Assembly (NCBI RefSeq): GCF_004010195.1
Contig: NC_057757.1
Span: 2,050,985 to 2,114,984, forward strand
Length of the DNA: 64,000 bases
From: Chiloscyllium plagiosum
Taxonomy: Eukaryota
Direction: 5' to 3'
Positions 26,897-38,763 of the stretch are shown piece by piece. The notes beneath the pieces were generated by a model. That model was given only the letters and a program-made list of their open reading frames with translations, had not been told where the DNA came from and ran no database searches. The position numbers were made by a program, and so were the translations under genes. The stretch's first letter is position 1. Every line of letters begins with the position of its first letter.

Positions 26897-26994
26897 TCAG
26901 TGTGTCAAGTCTCCAATTTCGACCAGTAAGGCATCTTGCTTGGTCTTCAGCTCATCCCGGGTTTCCAGAAGCTCCATCAGTTGGGTGTTGAGAC
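26897..26994 (-). CDS. SCHIP1-like last coding exon (GLNTQLMELLETRDELKTKQDALLVEIGDLTH*)
   Basis: Acceptor tcctgctcag; phase 1 completes GGT; resembles SCHIP1 [30 protein letters not shown]. TGA at 26899-26897; donor AAG|gtgagt at 26885. Confidence 0.9.
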
Positions 26995-27511
26995 CTGAGC
27001 AGGAGAACCAAACCAGGGTCAGTATTGACCAATCAGAATTCAGTGGCTGCAAGTGTTCATGGGAGGCCAGTCGCATGATCGGTGTCAACAGGGCGTTGAC
27101 GGAAGGGAATTGATCATGTAATCTCCAGTGCACATACAAAAGACCTCCTCGGCGCAGTGGTACTGTCCTTACCTCTGAGCTGAGAGGACAAGGTTCGAGT
27201 CCCACCTGCTCCACAGGATATGTCGTAACATCTCTGAGTGGGTTGGTTGGAAAGTATCACTCAAGGCCTCTGTTCTCCAATGGTTACATCTGCTCCTGGG
27301 GGAACCTGAAGGAGGACCCTTCCAGCACACGATCTATGATCAGTGGGCACCACAGAGGCATCATCTCCCCACATACAAATATATTTTAATTTAAATTTAC
27401 TCAGCTTCCTTTCACAATTTGACTTTTTGCCATAGTAACCGTTTAAAAGGGGATGTCATCTGGATTCATTGACTTTTCGTTTTAAAACTGGGATCATTAA
27501 TTGACCATTAC

Positions 27512-27742
27512 TCTGGCGACTGTCCGTGTGGAGTTTGCACATTCTCCCCGTGTCTGCGTGGGTTTCCTCCGGGTGCTCTGGTTTCCTCCCACAGTCCAAA
27601 GATGTGCAGGTTAGGGTCGATTGGCCAGGCTAAATTGCCCATAGTGTTAGGTGAAGGGGTAAATGTAGGAGAACGGGTCGGTGTGGACTCGTTGGGCCGA
27701 AGGGCCTGTTTCCACACTGTAAATAATCTAATCTAATCTAAT
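27512..27742 (+). mobile_element. 5'-truncated HE1-type SINE with (TAATC)n tail
   Basis: V-domain and tail match the 33056 element. Confidence 0.8.
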
Positions 27743-28269
27743 TACTAGACTTTCCTCTCCAGAGCTCCTGGATGTCCTTAGAGAGTGCTCCCTCTAGAGG
27801 CCTCCATGATGATGATGACAGGGCCTCCAACGCATTATCTCCCCCGTTCAATTTTATATTAATCTAAAATATATACTTTTTGTTCCACTGTTGTTATTTT
27901 TTTAAAAGGGCCATTAATCAATATGCCACCTTGGTTCGGGTACACATTAAAAGCTAGGGTCACCACCACCACCATCCATTAAATAATAACAAGAGTAGGC
28001 CACTCAGTCCCTCGAGCCTGTTCCATCACTCAATGAGATCATTGCCGGTCTGTGGCCTAAATCAGCATATCTGCCTTTGGCCCATATCCCCATAAGATCT
28101 TTGCTTAACAAATATTTATCCATCTCAGACCCTGCTGCAAATCTGTTGTTTGAAATCACTCAACAATCAAGGGTCAAAATCTTATTTAAAAATAAAAGAA
28201 TCTTGAGTTCAGAAGGCAAAATACAAGGAAGTTAACATGAGCTGAGCCATAGAGTGAACATGAGCGGAG

Positions 28270-28875
28270 TTATAGAGTCGTACAGTACAGAAACAGACCC
28301 TTTGGTGCAACTAGTTCATGCCGTCCAGATATCCTAACCTAATCTAGTCCCATTTGCCAGCACTTGGCCCATATCCCTCGAAAGGCTTCCTATTCATACA
28401 CCCATCTAATGCCTTTTAAATGGTGTCATTGTACCAGTCTCCACCACTTCCTCTGGCAGCTCATGCCATACACGCACCACCCTTTGCATGAAAAGAGTTG
28501 CCCCTCATTTTAAAATCTTTCCCCTCTCATCTTAAACCTCTGCCCTATAGCTTTGGACTCCCCTACCCTGTGGGAAAGATCTTGTCTATTTACCCTATCC
28601 ATGCCCCTCGTGATTTTATAAACCTCTATAAGGTCACCCCTCAGCCTCCGATGCTCCAGGGAAAACAACCCCAGTCTATTCAGCCTCTCCCTATAGATCA
28701 AACCCTCCAACCATGGCAACATCCTTGTAAATCTTTTCTGAACCCTTTCAAGTTTCACAACATTAAAAATCACACGACACCAGGTTATAGTCCAACAGGT
28801 TTAATTGGAAGCACTAGCTTACACAGCATTGCTCCCTTCACAACATCTTTCCTACTGCAAGGAGACCAGAACTGA
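28270..28875 (-). mobile_element. CR1 3' fragment with a small PLE-type insertion
   Basis: LERVQKRFTRML...; insertion flanked by two copies of ttcacaacat. Confidence 0.85.
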
Positions 28876-30609
28876 GTTTTTATGAATTACTGCTTCAGAC
28901 TCAGTTGGAGGACTGGATCCAATTCATCAAGGCTTTGGAAACGCTGCAAAACAGACTTACGAGAAAAGGTCCCAGGAGATGAGGAGAGACTGGAGTGGTC
29001 AAGATTATTTTCTTTAGAAATGTTGAAATATGCTTAACTATAATGGCACTGGCAGAATAAAGGAGGGGAATCGGTTTCCACTGACAATGGGCCAAAACCG
29101 AAAGCGATATCGATTGTAGATGCCAGCTAAAGGATCTGGTGATGTTCAAGCCATTGCGATCTGGAATGCACTGCCTCAGAGGGAGCAGATTCAAGAGGAA
29201 CTTTCAAAAAGGGAAGTTGAGGAAACATTTGAAAGGGGGGGATGGGGTGGGGAAGAAAATTGCACGGCAGTGCAGAAAGAGCAGGGAGGGAAGTGTGATT
29301 TATTAGCAAGCTCTTCAAAAGGGCCAGTACAGACACAATGAGCCAGGTCACCTTCTGTTCTGATTTTTGAGTTCAAGACTGTGACCCCCTGCAGTGGGGC
29401 AAAGGGCCCACTGTTGAACCCAGTCTTCAGACCATTGGGGAGCAAGGCATGGGAGGGGAAGGGGCAGGGGGAATGATGATGATGTTTATGCAGTGAATCA
29501 GCAGAATCCCTGCCAGCAGCTGGACAAATAAAAACAAGGACACATCCCAAAGGCCAGTTCCACGCACACACTGAACAAAAAGTCTGGGAATCACGCCAAA
29601 TGGCTGCACTGATACAGGGGGAACATAGGGGAATGTACAATTTTTCACATTTTAGGCCTTTCGCAGGCTCACTATCCCAGAGCGGGTTAGTTTTTGGAGG
29701 CGTCATAAAACCCTGCGAGCACGAGAGGACATAGCTTTAAATTGAGAGGTGATAGATACAGGATAGGTGTCAGAGATAGGTTCTTTACTCAGACAGTCGT
29801 AGCGGCGTTGAACGCATTGCTTGCAACAGTAGTAGTGTCGCCAAATTTAAATGGGTTGGCACACAGAGTCGTAGAGATATACAGCACAGAAACAGACCCT
29901 TCGGTCCAACCCGTCCATGCCAACCAGACATCCCAACCCAATCTGGTCCCACCTGCCAGCACCCGGAAGATGGACTTCAGATTGGGTTCCACAGGTCGGC
30001 GCAACAGAGGGCCGAAGGACCTGTACTGCCCCGGAATGTTCTACGTTCTAATTTGTACACAGTAAGTTCCCACAAGGAGCACTGTGCCAGTGGCATGTTA
30101 CAGCCGTCTGGGCTCAATACTAAGTTCAACACCTTCAGGTTGTGAACCCACTCCCATTCCTTCCCTTTTTATTTTAGCTTTACTGTTTGCATTCTCTGTC
30201 AACACGTCCTCTCTCCGCTCCCTTCCCTACTCCAGTTGGACTGTGTCTGTCCTTCCCAGTCTGGCAGTTAGACACATCATTCTTCTGCCATTCTCACATT
30301 CCAGGTCCTTCATTTGCAATAATCAGCACCCCTTCTCCCCCAGCACTCCACCATCACACCCCTCACTAAGCGCAAGTGCTGTCCCCTCCACACTTCCCTT
30401 CAGCTCTGATAAAGAGTCACCTCGACTTGAAACATTAGCTTGCTCTCTCTCCACGGATGCTGCCTGACCCGCTATGATCTCCAGCATTCGTTGTTTTCAG
30501 TGACTGGGACTCCAGACAATTAGGGATGGGCAATAGATGCTGGGCCTAGCCAAAGACAATCACATCCAACTGGTGTGGGTCTGGAGTCACATGTAGGCCA
30601 GACCAGGTC

Positions 30610-31775
30610 ACAGAGTCAGAGAGATGTACAGCATGGACACAGACCCTTCAGTCCAACCCATCCATGCTGACCAGATATCCCAACCCAATCTAGTCCCACC
30701 TGTCAGTACCTGGCCCCTATCCCTCCAAACCCTTCCTAATCATATAACCGTCCAAATGCCTCTTAAATGTTGCAATTGTGCCAGCCTCCACCACTTCCTC
30801 TGGCAGCTCATTCCATACACGTACCACCCTNNNNNNNNNNNNNNNNNNNNNNNNNNNNNNNNNNNNNNNNNNNNNNNNNNNNNNNNNNNNNNNNNNNNNN
30901 NNNNNNNNNNNNNNNNNNNNNNNNNNNNNNNNNNNNNNNNNNNNNNNNNNNNNNNNNNNNNNNNNNNNNNNNNNNNNNNNNNNNNNNNNNNNNNNNNNNN
31001 NNNNNNNNNNNNNNNNNNNNNNNNNNNNNNNNNNNNNNNNNNNNNNNNNNNNATGAATCTGCACTCCAAGGTCTCTTTGTTCAGCAACACTCCCTGGACC
31101 TTACCATTAAGTGTATACGTCCTGCTAAGATTTGATTTCCCAAAATGCAGCACCTTGCATTTATCTGAATTAAACTCCATCTGCCACTTCTCAGCCCATT
31201 GGCCCATCTGGTCAAGATCATGTTGTAATCTGAGGTAACCTTCTTCGCTGTCCACTACACCTCCAATTTTGATGTCATCAGCAAAGTTACTAACTGTATC
31301 TCTTATGTTCACATCCAAATCATTTATACAAAAAGTGAAAAGTAGTGGACCCAGCACCAATCCTTGTGACACTCCACTGGTTAAATGACTCCAGTCTGAA
31401 AAACAACCCTCCACCACCACCCTCTGTCTTCTACCTTTGAGCCAATTCTGTATCCAAATGACTAGTACTCCCTGTATTCCATGAGATCTAACCTTGCCAA
31501 CCAGTCTCCCATGGGGAACCTTGTCGAACGCCTTACTGAAGTCCATATAGATCACAAATACCGCTTTGCCCTCATTAGTCCTCTTTATTACTTCCTCAAA
31601 AAACTCAATCAAGTTTGTGAGACATGATTTTCCACACACAAAGCCATGTCGACTATCCCTAATCAATCCTTACCTTTCCAAATACATATACGTCCTGTCC
31701 CTCAGGATTCCCTCCAACAACTTGCCTACCACCGATATCAGGCTCACTGGTCTATAGTTCCCTGCCTTGTCCTTA
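30610..31775 (-). mobile_element. CR1/HER1-type LINE, reverse transcriptase and 3' end (spans gap)
   Basis: ORF 30740..31666 reads HGFVCGKSCLTNLIEFFE, YMDFSKAFDKVPH, GVSQGLVLGPLLF, FADD. Confidence 0.93.
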
Positions 31776-32522
31776 GGTGAGGATGGCTAGTGACCATGTG
31801 GGTATTGCCCCCCAATAATCGACAATGGTCTCATAGTCATCATTATTCCAGATTTTATATTACTGAATTTAAATTCTGGTGTGGTGGGATTTGAACCTGG
31901 CTCCCCGGAATGTTTTTGTGCTGTCTGGATTAGTGACAGTACCACTAGGCCATCATCTCCCCTACATTTCTACTTGACGTGAGCCCTTTTCCCTTCCCCA
32001 GCTCTCCCACATCTCCTTAATCATCGCTGCAATTTCTTCTTAAATGTCTCGATATTATTAACTGCAACCACACCCCGGGAGTTTCACTTTCCCTTGCACT
32101 GCCCTCTTTTGCCTGAGCTGAACTTGCTCTCTCGCCAAACCATTTCCCCTTCAAATCCGCTCACTTCCTCTCAAATAAGAGGTGTCACTAACAGAACGTC
32201 TGTAGGTCCTAGCTCCTTTATTTCCTTTGCACAGCCTGATACAGTCTCACTTCCCTCTCCCGCCACCCGACTAAGGACTCAACATTATCAAACCCTTGCT
32301 GAATTTCAAAGGCCAATTGCAGGTTGGCTTTCTGTGTTCCAGAGAGAAAATAAATGCCCCAACCTGTATCAACCCATGCAGAGATGTATCCGCTCTCAAT
32401 TCAGTTGAGCCTTCTTCGCTCAGTTGGCTGGAAGGCTGGTTTGTGATGTAGGGTGATGTCAACTGCATGGGTTCAACTTCCAACTGGCTGAGTTTACCGT
32501 GAAGATCCCTCCTTCTCAACCC

Positions 32523-33406
32523 TATGATTTCTGACATTAAGAGATTATTTTGTCCTTTTTTTTTGAAGAAACGTTGTAAGGCAGAGGCGCTTGAATGACT
32601 AGAGTAATCAACTTCAGAGACCTTGGGGTTCTTGTCTAAGACAGTTTGAATGAGTGTGGCCGACTCACACTGATCCAGATGTCCGAGTTTTGCTTTTTTC
32701 CGCAATGTACTCTCCTAGCTCCTGAATTTTCTCTTGATGTCTATTTCCTCCTGGATTGGAGAACTGCATGTGAGAACCTGTGTCTGAATTTACCAAGGGG
32801 TGTGTTTATGGGATGTTCCTATATTGTAACAGTTAATTAGTAACAGGTACTGTATCTGTTACTTGGTTAAGTTTTCCAGTAGTTGAGGTATTCTAAATTC
32901 CTCTTTCTTTCAGTTTGTATTTTAACTGTAGCGTTTAAATAAATTGTGTTTTGCTTAAAGTTGAGTTGTTTGACGAGGTGCATCCCATCTGCAACACAGT
33001 ACTTCACATCTATCTTTAAAATAGGAAAATGTTAAGGTCTAGGCTACCTTCTTAATGGGTGGCACGGTGGCTCAGTGGTTAGCACTGCTGCCTCACAGCG
33101 CCAGGGACCCGGGTTCGATCCCACCCTCGGGTGACTGTCTGTATGGAGTTTGCACATTCTCCCCGTGTCTGCGTGGGTTTCCTCCGGGTGCTCCGGTTTC
33201 CTCCCACAGTCCAAAATGTGCAGGTTAGGGTGGATTGGCCATACTAAATTCCCATAGTGTTAGGTGCATTTGTCAGAGGTAAATGGTTCAGGGTGGGTTA
33301 CTCTTCGGAGGGTCGGTGTGGACTCGTTGGGCCGAAGGGCTTGATTCCACACTGTAGAGAATCGATTCTTAAAGTATTTTGAGGGGGTCTGTCCTGCTCC
33401 ATAACA
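32523..33406 (+). mobile_element. Probable solo LTR (contains the 33056 SINE)
   Basis: Ends in ...cataaca, has AATAAA near 32938, and splits an older SINE-like repeat whose halves (32405-32521 and 33407-33480) are contiguous in the copy at about 54445-54590. Confidence 0.5.
33056..33365 (+). mobile_element. Full-length tRNA-derived SINE (HE1/V-SINE type)
   Basis: A box TGGCTCAGTGG, B box GGTTCGATCCC, V-domain tgtggagtttgcac...ttcctcccacagtccaaa, CR1-like tail; 7-bp TSD ttcttaa at 33049-33055 and 33366-33372. Confidence 0.9.
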
Positions 33407-35270
33407 GAGTGGTGACCCTCAGGTTAAACCCACCATGGTTGTCTCTAGCCCCATGGTATGGTAGGACAATGTGACTTTAGCTTTTATATCTTTTGATATT
33501 ACAGAAGCCAGAACTGCACGCAAAAGCATATTGTAACAAACAGCACAGGCTTCTTAAATAACATTTCTCTGCCCCTCAACTACAAGTGAGGGTAATGCCC
33601 CGATCAAAGAGGCAATACCTTTCATGAAGCAATGGTTACAGCAAAGTACTCAGCTCCCCAAGTTCAGGCTTGAATTCACGACCTTCAGATGCGGGATCAG
33701 AAAATCTGACTCAGTCTTGTCGGCACCGCTGACTAAATATTCCTCAGCTCTTACGAATCTCTCAGGAGAGAGAAAGCAAAGTCACCTTCAAGGTAAATGC
33801 TGACAATACAAGTCAGACCAGAACAGGTCTAAAACCGCAGATAACAACTCCTACGTGACTCACTGTCACTGGGTCAGGAGTCTGGAATTCCCTTTCTGAA
33901 CAGCACACCACACACAGTGCAGCTGTTCAGAAAAGCTGCCTCTTCTCACAAGATCAGAAGGAATAGGAACAGGAGAAGGCTATTCAGCCCCTTGAGACTG
34001 CTCTACCATTCAATAGGCTCCTGGTTGATCTGACACCTGTAACCCTGGATACCCCGACTGATCGAGAATCTATCTCAGCCTTCAATACACACAAGGACTC
34101 TGCCCCCATGACTCAGCCTGCTCCCTCTGTTTCCATCAGGCAAGGGCAGACAGTGGGAATAGGCGACTGAGTTGGACGATCAGCCATTTCGAGTGGCGGG
34201 TCAGGCTCGAAGGGCCAAATGGCCGACTCCTGCTCCTGTTTTACACACAGCTCACCACCACCTTCCCAAGGACAATAAATTCTGGACGACCTGAACATCA
34301 CCCACATTCCACAAAAGGAAGCAAAATAAGGCTTTAATGTAACAAAATGACTCCACGTGCTTCACTGGAGGAGGGTTAGGTAGGACACCATGTTACATAA
34401 GGAGATATTACGGACAAGTGACCAAAGAGGTTGGTCTTACGAAAGGAGTGGGGTGACAGAGGGGTTTAGGGAAGGAATTCCAGGGCTCAGGCAGCTGAAG
34501 GCACAGCCCCCCCCCCAGTGGCAGAGTGGTGGGAATCGGGGGATGGCCAAGAGGCTGGAATCGGAAGGGCAGAGATATCCGGGAGGCTTGAGGGCCAGGA
34601 GGAGATTACTGAGTGGGAAAGATAGAGTCAGTGAGGCACTGGAGAGAATTCGAGAACAAGGGTGAGAATTCTATGGTCAGGATGTTTGATTGGGAGAGTT
34701 TGGACACACACACAGAGCAGAGTTTTGGATGATCGCAGATTAGGAGGGCAGGACCTGGAGAGCAGACATGAGTCAAAGGCCTGGATGATGAGGCTGTCAG
34801 GGAGGTGGAGTTGGAAGAGGGTGGGGCCTTGGGTCAGTGATGCCACAAAGATAGAAATGATCAAACCTTCACAAAGCTGTCAAACTGAGGGCAGAAGCTC
34901 ATCTTGAAGTTGGAGGTTGGGGAACAGACTGGTTTAATCCTTGAATTTCACTGGGGAAAGGGATGGAGAATCGAGCGAGGCCTGAAATTAGTCTTTGTCT
35001 AATTTAACGGCAGTAACGTTCTACTGGATGTTGGAGAGACTGCCTGAAGATTTACAGACAGTGAAAATGGGCATTAGAGTCACACACAAAAAGCTAACTC
35101 TGGGGTTTCAGCCAACACACCAAGGGGCAGAATGGAAATCACGACTTTGAGGTTTCAACGATAAACGCTTAGTGAAGTCGAGGGGGTAATGGTGAGGGAG
35201 CAGGAAAACAAATCATTTGGACGGCTGACAGTGAACAAGCTCCATTCTGGTACCTCACATTCGCAACACT

Positions 35271-35591
35271 GGGGTTAGATACAGAGTAAAGCTCCCTCTA
35301 CACTGTCACCCTATCACACACTCCCAGGACAGGGACAGCACGGGGTTAGATACGGAGTAAAGCTTCCTCTACACTGTCACCCCATCACACACTCCCAGGA
35401 CAAGGACAGCACGGGGTTAGATACAGAGTAAAGCTCCCTCTACACTGTCACCCCATCACACACTCCCAAGACAGGGACAGCACGGGGTTAGATACAGAGT
35501 AAAGCTCCCTCTACACTGTCACCCTATCACACACTCCCAAGACAGGGACAGCACGGGGTTAGGTAAGAGTAAAGTTCTCTCTACACTGTCT
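35271..35591 (+). repeat. 71-bp tandem repeat, about 4.5 copies
   Basis: ggggttaga recurs at 35271, 35342, 35413 and 35484, with a partial fifth unit at 35555; degenerate relatives at about 51213-51465. Confidence 0.93.
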
Positions 35592-35625
35592 CCTTATTCC
35601 CACCCGTGGAGATTGACAGACTTAC

Positions 35626-35734
35626 CGTGAATTTGCGAGTAGAGGTGTGATTGCAGATTCCAGATTTGCGGCAGCTTCATTGTTTGCAGGTCTCTTCGCT
35701 CCATAGATTTGCCCCTGCCCTCGGCATCTTTCAG
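35626..35734 (-). CDS. SCHIP1-like coding exon 5 (LKDAEGRGKSMERRDLQTMKLPQIWNLQSHLYSQIH)
   Basis: Acceptor tttttctctccctcag, donor G|gtaagt; 109 nt; resembles SCHIP1 [27 protein letters not shown]. Confidence 0.85.
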
Positions 35735-35971
35735 CTGAGGGAGAGAAAAATCACTTCTGTTATGGAACTCACAGAGTACAGGAAAGAAAAGAAGATTTCC
35801 ATAGCATCTTTTCCAACCTCAGCAAGTATCAAGCCAATCAGGGACTTTCAGAGGCGGAATCACTTTTTTACTGTTAAAACCAGCAGTGACTCTGTACACA
35901 GCCTCCGGGGAGCAGCTCACTTTCAGTGAAAGAACGAGTTGGAGGAGCCGGTGTAGGACTGGGGTGTACAA

Positions 35972-36162
35972 AGTTAAGAATCACACAACACCAGGTTATA
36001 GTCCAACAGGTTTATTTGGAAGCACTAACTTTCGGAGCGCTGCTCCTCCATCAGGTGGTTGTTAATGACTGACAACTACCTGATGAAGGTGCAATGCTCT
36101 GAAAGTTAGTGCTTCCGAATAAACCTGTTGGACTATAACCTGGTGTTGTGTGATTCTTAACT
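35972..36162. mobile_element. ~190-bp palindromic PLE-derived element with a hammerhead-like core in each arm
   Basis: Arms 35972-36062 and 36072-36162 are near-perfect reverse complements; CTGATGA at 36080 and GAAA at 36101. Confidence 0.75.
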
Positions 36163-36293
36163 CGGTGAAGGAAGGTAATGGGCCCAGGGGATCAGAAAAC
36201 CTCTATGTTTTTCATCAAATTGCTGGATATCTTACACTCAGCCAAGATAACACAGATTGTCTGATCTTCAACATCTCGTTTAAAGATGGTTTG

Positions 36294-36822
36294 CCCAACA
36301 GTGCGGCATTCCCTCAGCGCTGACCCTCCGACACTGCCCACTCCCTCAGCGCTGACCATCCGACAGTGCGGCACTCCCTCAGCGCTGACCCTCCGACAGT
36401 GCCCANNNNNNNNNNNNNNNNNNNNNNNNNNNNNNNNNNNNNNNNNNNNNNNNNNNNNNNNNNNNNNNNNNNNNNNNNNNNNNNNNNNNNNNNNNNNNNN
36501 NNNNNNNNNNNNNNNNNNNNNNNNNNNNNNNNNNNNNNNNNNNNNNNNNNNNNNNNNNNNNNNNNNNNNNNNNNNNNNNNNNNNNNNNNNNNNNNNNNNN
36601 NNNNNNNNNNNNNNNNNNNNNNNNNNNNNNNNNNNNNNNNNNNNNNNNNNNNNNNNNNNNNNNNNNNNNNNNNNNNNNNNNNNNNNNNNNNNNNNNNNNN
36701 NNNNNNNNNNNNNNNNNNNNNNNNNCTCCCTCAGCACTGACCCTCCGACAGTGCAGCACTCCCTCAGCACTGACCCTCCGACAGTGCGGCACTCCCTCAG
36801 CGCTGACCCTCCGACAGTGCGG
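36294..36822 (-). repeat. Same 33-bp minisatellite in opposite orientation (spans gap)
   Basis: Unit ctccctcagcgctgaccctccgacagtgcggca. Confidence 0.9.
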
Positions 36823-36908
36823 AGCCACATCCATCCTGGAAGCTTGTGCCTGTGTGAGTTTGGAACGCTGAACAAACTTGCTCCTGAGCAACAATCGGCC
36901 GCACTCAC

Positions 36909-37052
36909 CCGCTCGGCGGCTGCCCGCAGTAGCTGCTTCTCCTGGTCGAGTCTCCGCTGTAACAAGGCGAGACTTCTTTTGGCCTCACTCTCCAGCTCCT
37001 TCCTGCGGGATTCCAGACTCCCCTCAATGGGGGAGGATTCACTTGTGGTTGG
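36909..37052 (-). CDS. SCHIP1-like coding exon 4 (PTTSESS...SRRKELESEAKRSLALLQRRLDQEKQLLRAAAER)
   Basis: Acceptor ttcacag, donor CGG|gtgagt; 144 nt; resembles the SCHIP1 coiled-coil segment TRQKKLQAEAKMALAM...EVEKQ. Confidence 0.85.
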
Positions 37053-37397
37053 CTGTGAACGCAAACATTACAGTCGCGGTGTCACAGACGGAAACTCAGC
37101 AGCCTGCCTTTCGGACCTTCCTCACTGTGTATTACAATCCCAAATTTTGTGTGCACTGCAGGCTTTGAAAAGATGGTGTTTTCCAAAGGGGATGATGGGC
37201 TGAATTTGCCTTTCTGAGCTGCTTACCCACACACCTCTTAAACTAAACCCTCATTGTTACAAAGTTCCCAGGCTTCAGGGCCAAACATCTCAATGAGATG
37301 TCAGAGAAACAGCACTGAATCAGTAAGTGTGACCTTGCTGCACTGACAAATAGGGCCTGTCTCCCGTGGAACAGAAGCAAATGAACGCTCTCAGTAC

Positions 37398-37503
37398 CTG
37401 AGGGGACGGTGTGCTGGAAGCTCCCCCGACTGCCTCCTCAGCCTCACTCTCACTGCTGCTGTCGTTGATGAAACAGAGCTGCAGGTTCATCCGACTGTGG
37501 AAC
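37398..37503 (-). CDS. SCHIP1-like coding exon 3 (FHSRMNLQLCFINDSSSESEAEE...PSPQ)
   Basis: Acceptor ctctctcctacag, donor CAG|gtactg; 106 nt; MNLQLCFINDS resembles SCHIP1 MNLQICFVNDS. Confidence 0.9.
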
Positions 37504-37619
37504 CTGTAGGAGAGAGGGACACAACGACCAAGGATTCACTGAGACACCATGAAGTGGTAGGATCTGAGCAGGGGGCTGGACCCAACAGTGAGGCAGAATC
37601 GGCACACCCACCTCAGGTT

Positions 37620-38338
37620 GAAGGTCAGTGCCGAGGGAGTGGGCACTGTCGGAGGGTCAGTGCTGAGGGTCGGGCAGTGTCAGAGGGTCAGTGCTGAGGG
37701 AGTGGGCACTGTCAGAGGGTCAGCGCTGAGGGAGCGGGCAGGGTCAGCGCTGAGGGAGCGCCGCACTGTCGGAGGGTCAGCGCTGAGGGAGCGCCGCACT
37801 GTCGGAGGGTCAGCGCTGAGGGAGCGCCGCACTGTCGGAGGGTCAGCGCTGAGGGAGCGCCGCACTGTCGGGGGGTCAGCGCTGAGGGAGCGCCGCACTG
37901 TCGGGGGGTCAGCGCTGAGGGAGCGCCGCACTGTCGGGGGGTCAGCGCTGAGGGAGCGCCGCACTGTCGGGGGGTCAGCGCTGAGGGAGCGCCGCACTGT
38001 CGGGGGGTCAGCGCTGAGGGAGCGCCGCACTGTCGGGGGGTCAGCGCTGAGGGAGCGCCGCACTGTCGGGGGGTCAGCGCTGAGGGAGCGCCGCACTGTC
38101 GGGGGGTCAGCGCTGAGGGAGCGCCGCACTGTCGGGGGGTCAGCGCTGAGGGAGCGCCGCACTGTCGGGGGGTCAGCGCTGAGGGAGCGCCGCACTGTCG
38201 GGGGGTCAGCGCTGAGGGAGCACCGCACTGTCGGAGGGTCAGCGCTGAGGGAGCACCGCACTGTCGGAGGATCAGTGCTGAGGGAGCACCGCACTGTCGG
38301 AGGATCAGTGCTGAGGGAGCGGGCACTGTCAGAGGGTG
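37620..38338 (+). repeat. 33-bp minisatellite, about 21 copies
   Basis: Unit gggtcagcgctgagggagcgccgcactgtcgg(a/g); source of the repetitive ORFs in the track. Confidence 0.95.
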
Positions 38339-38671
38339 AGTGCCATGGGAGTCCTGCACCACTGTCTATCTCTGGGGCTGCAGTGCTCCCACAGTGCTGC
38401 AGAGGGATTGCATTTTGGAATTTCATTCTGGAGTCTCTGTGTGGGGGAGCTCCAATATTTATGACTTTGAGGTGAGAGACAGAGAGAGAGAGAGAGATGG
38501 AGAGATTGTGAGGTAGAGACAGTGAACTAACACTGAGCAGCGCTGCCCCATACCATGATGCACAGCGCTCTGAGGACTATTTCCATTCAGTTGCAGGGAG
38601 TCTATCGACTTGCATTTGGGCCAGTCTTGGTTAAGAGAGAATATTGACCAGCTCACGTGTTCTGCCCCTAC

Positions 38672-38763
38672 CTCGTGGTGCAGTGAAAGTTCGTCATCTG
38701 CCAATTGCTGTTGCTTGCTCTTTCCCAGGAGCTGAATCTCTCCATTCTCCTTCTGCCCCGCGG
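38672..38763 (-). CDS. SCHIP1-like coding exon 2 (PRGRRRMERFSSWERASNSNWQMTNFHCTTR)
   Basis: Acceptor cttttgtattccag, donor AG|gtagg; 92 nt. Phase 0 in and phase 2 out exactly bridge exons 1 and 3. The sequence itself is highly diverged. Confidence 0.72.

Noticed and set aside
35271..38338. CRISPR-like regularly repeated units
   Set aside because: Units are head-to-tail with no unique spacers, there are no cas genes, and the context is vertebrate.
37588..38475. Long ORFs (295, 248 and 216 aa) with repeated GGSALRERRTV
   Set aside because: They are translations of a stop-free 33-bp minisatellite inside an intron.
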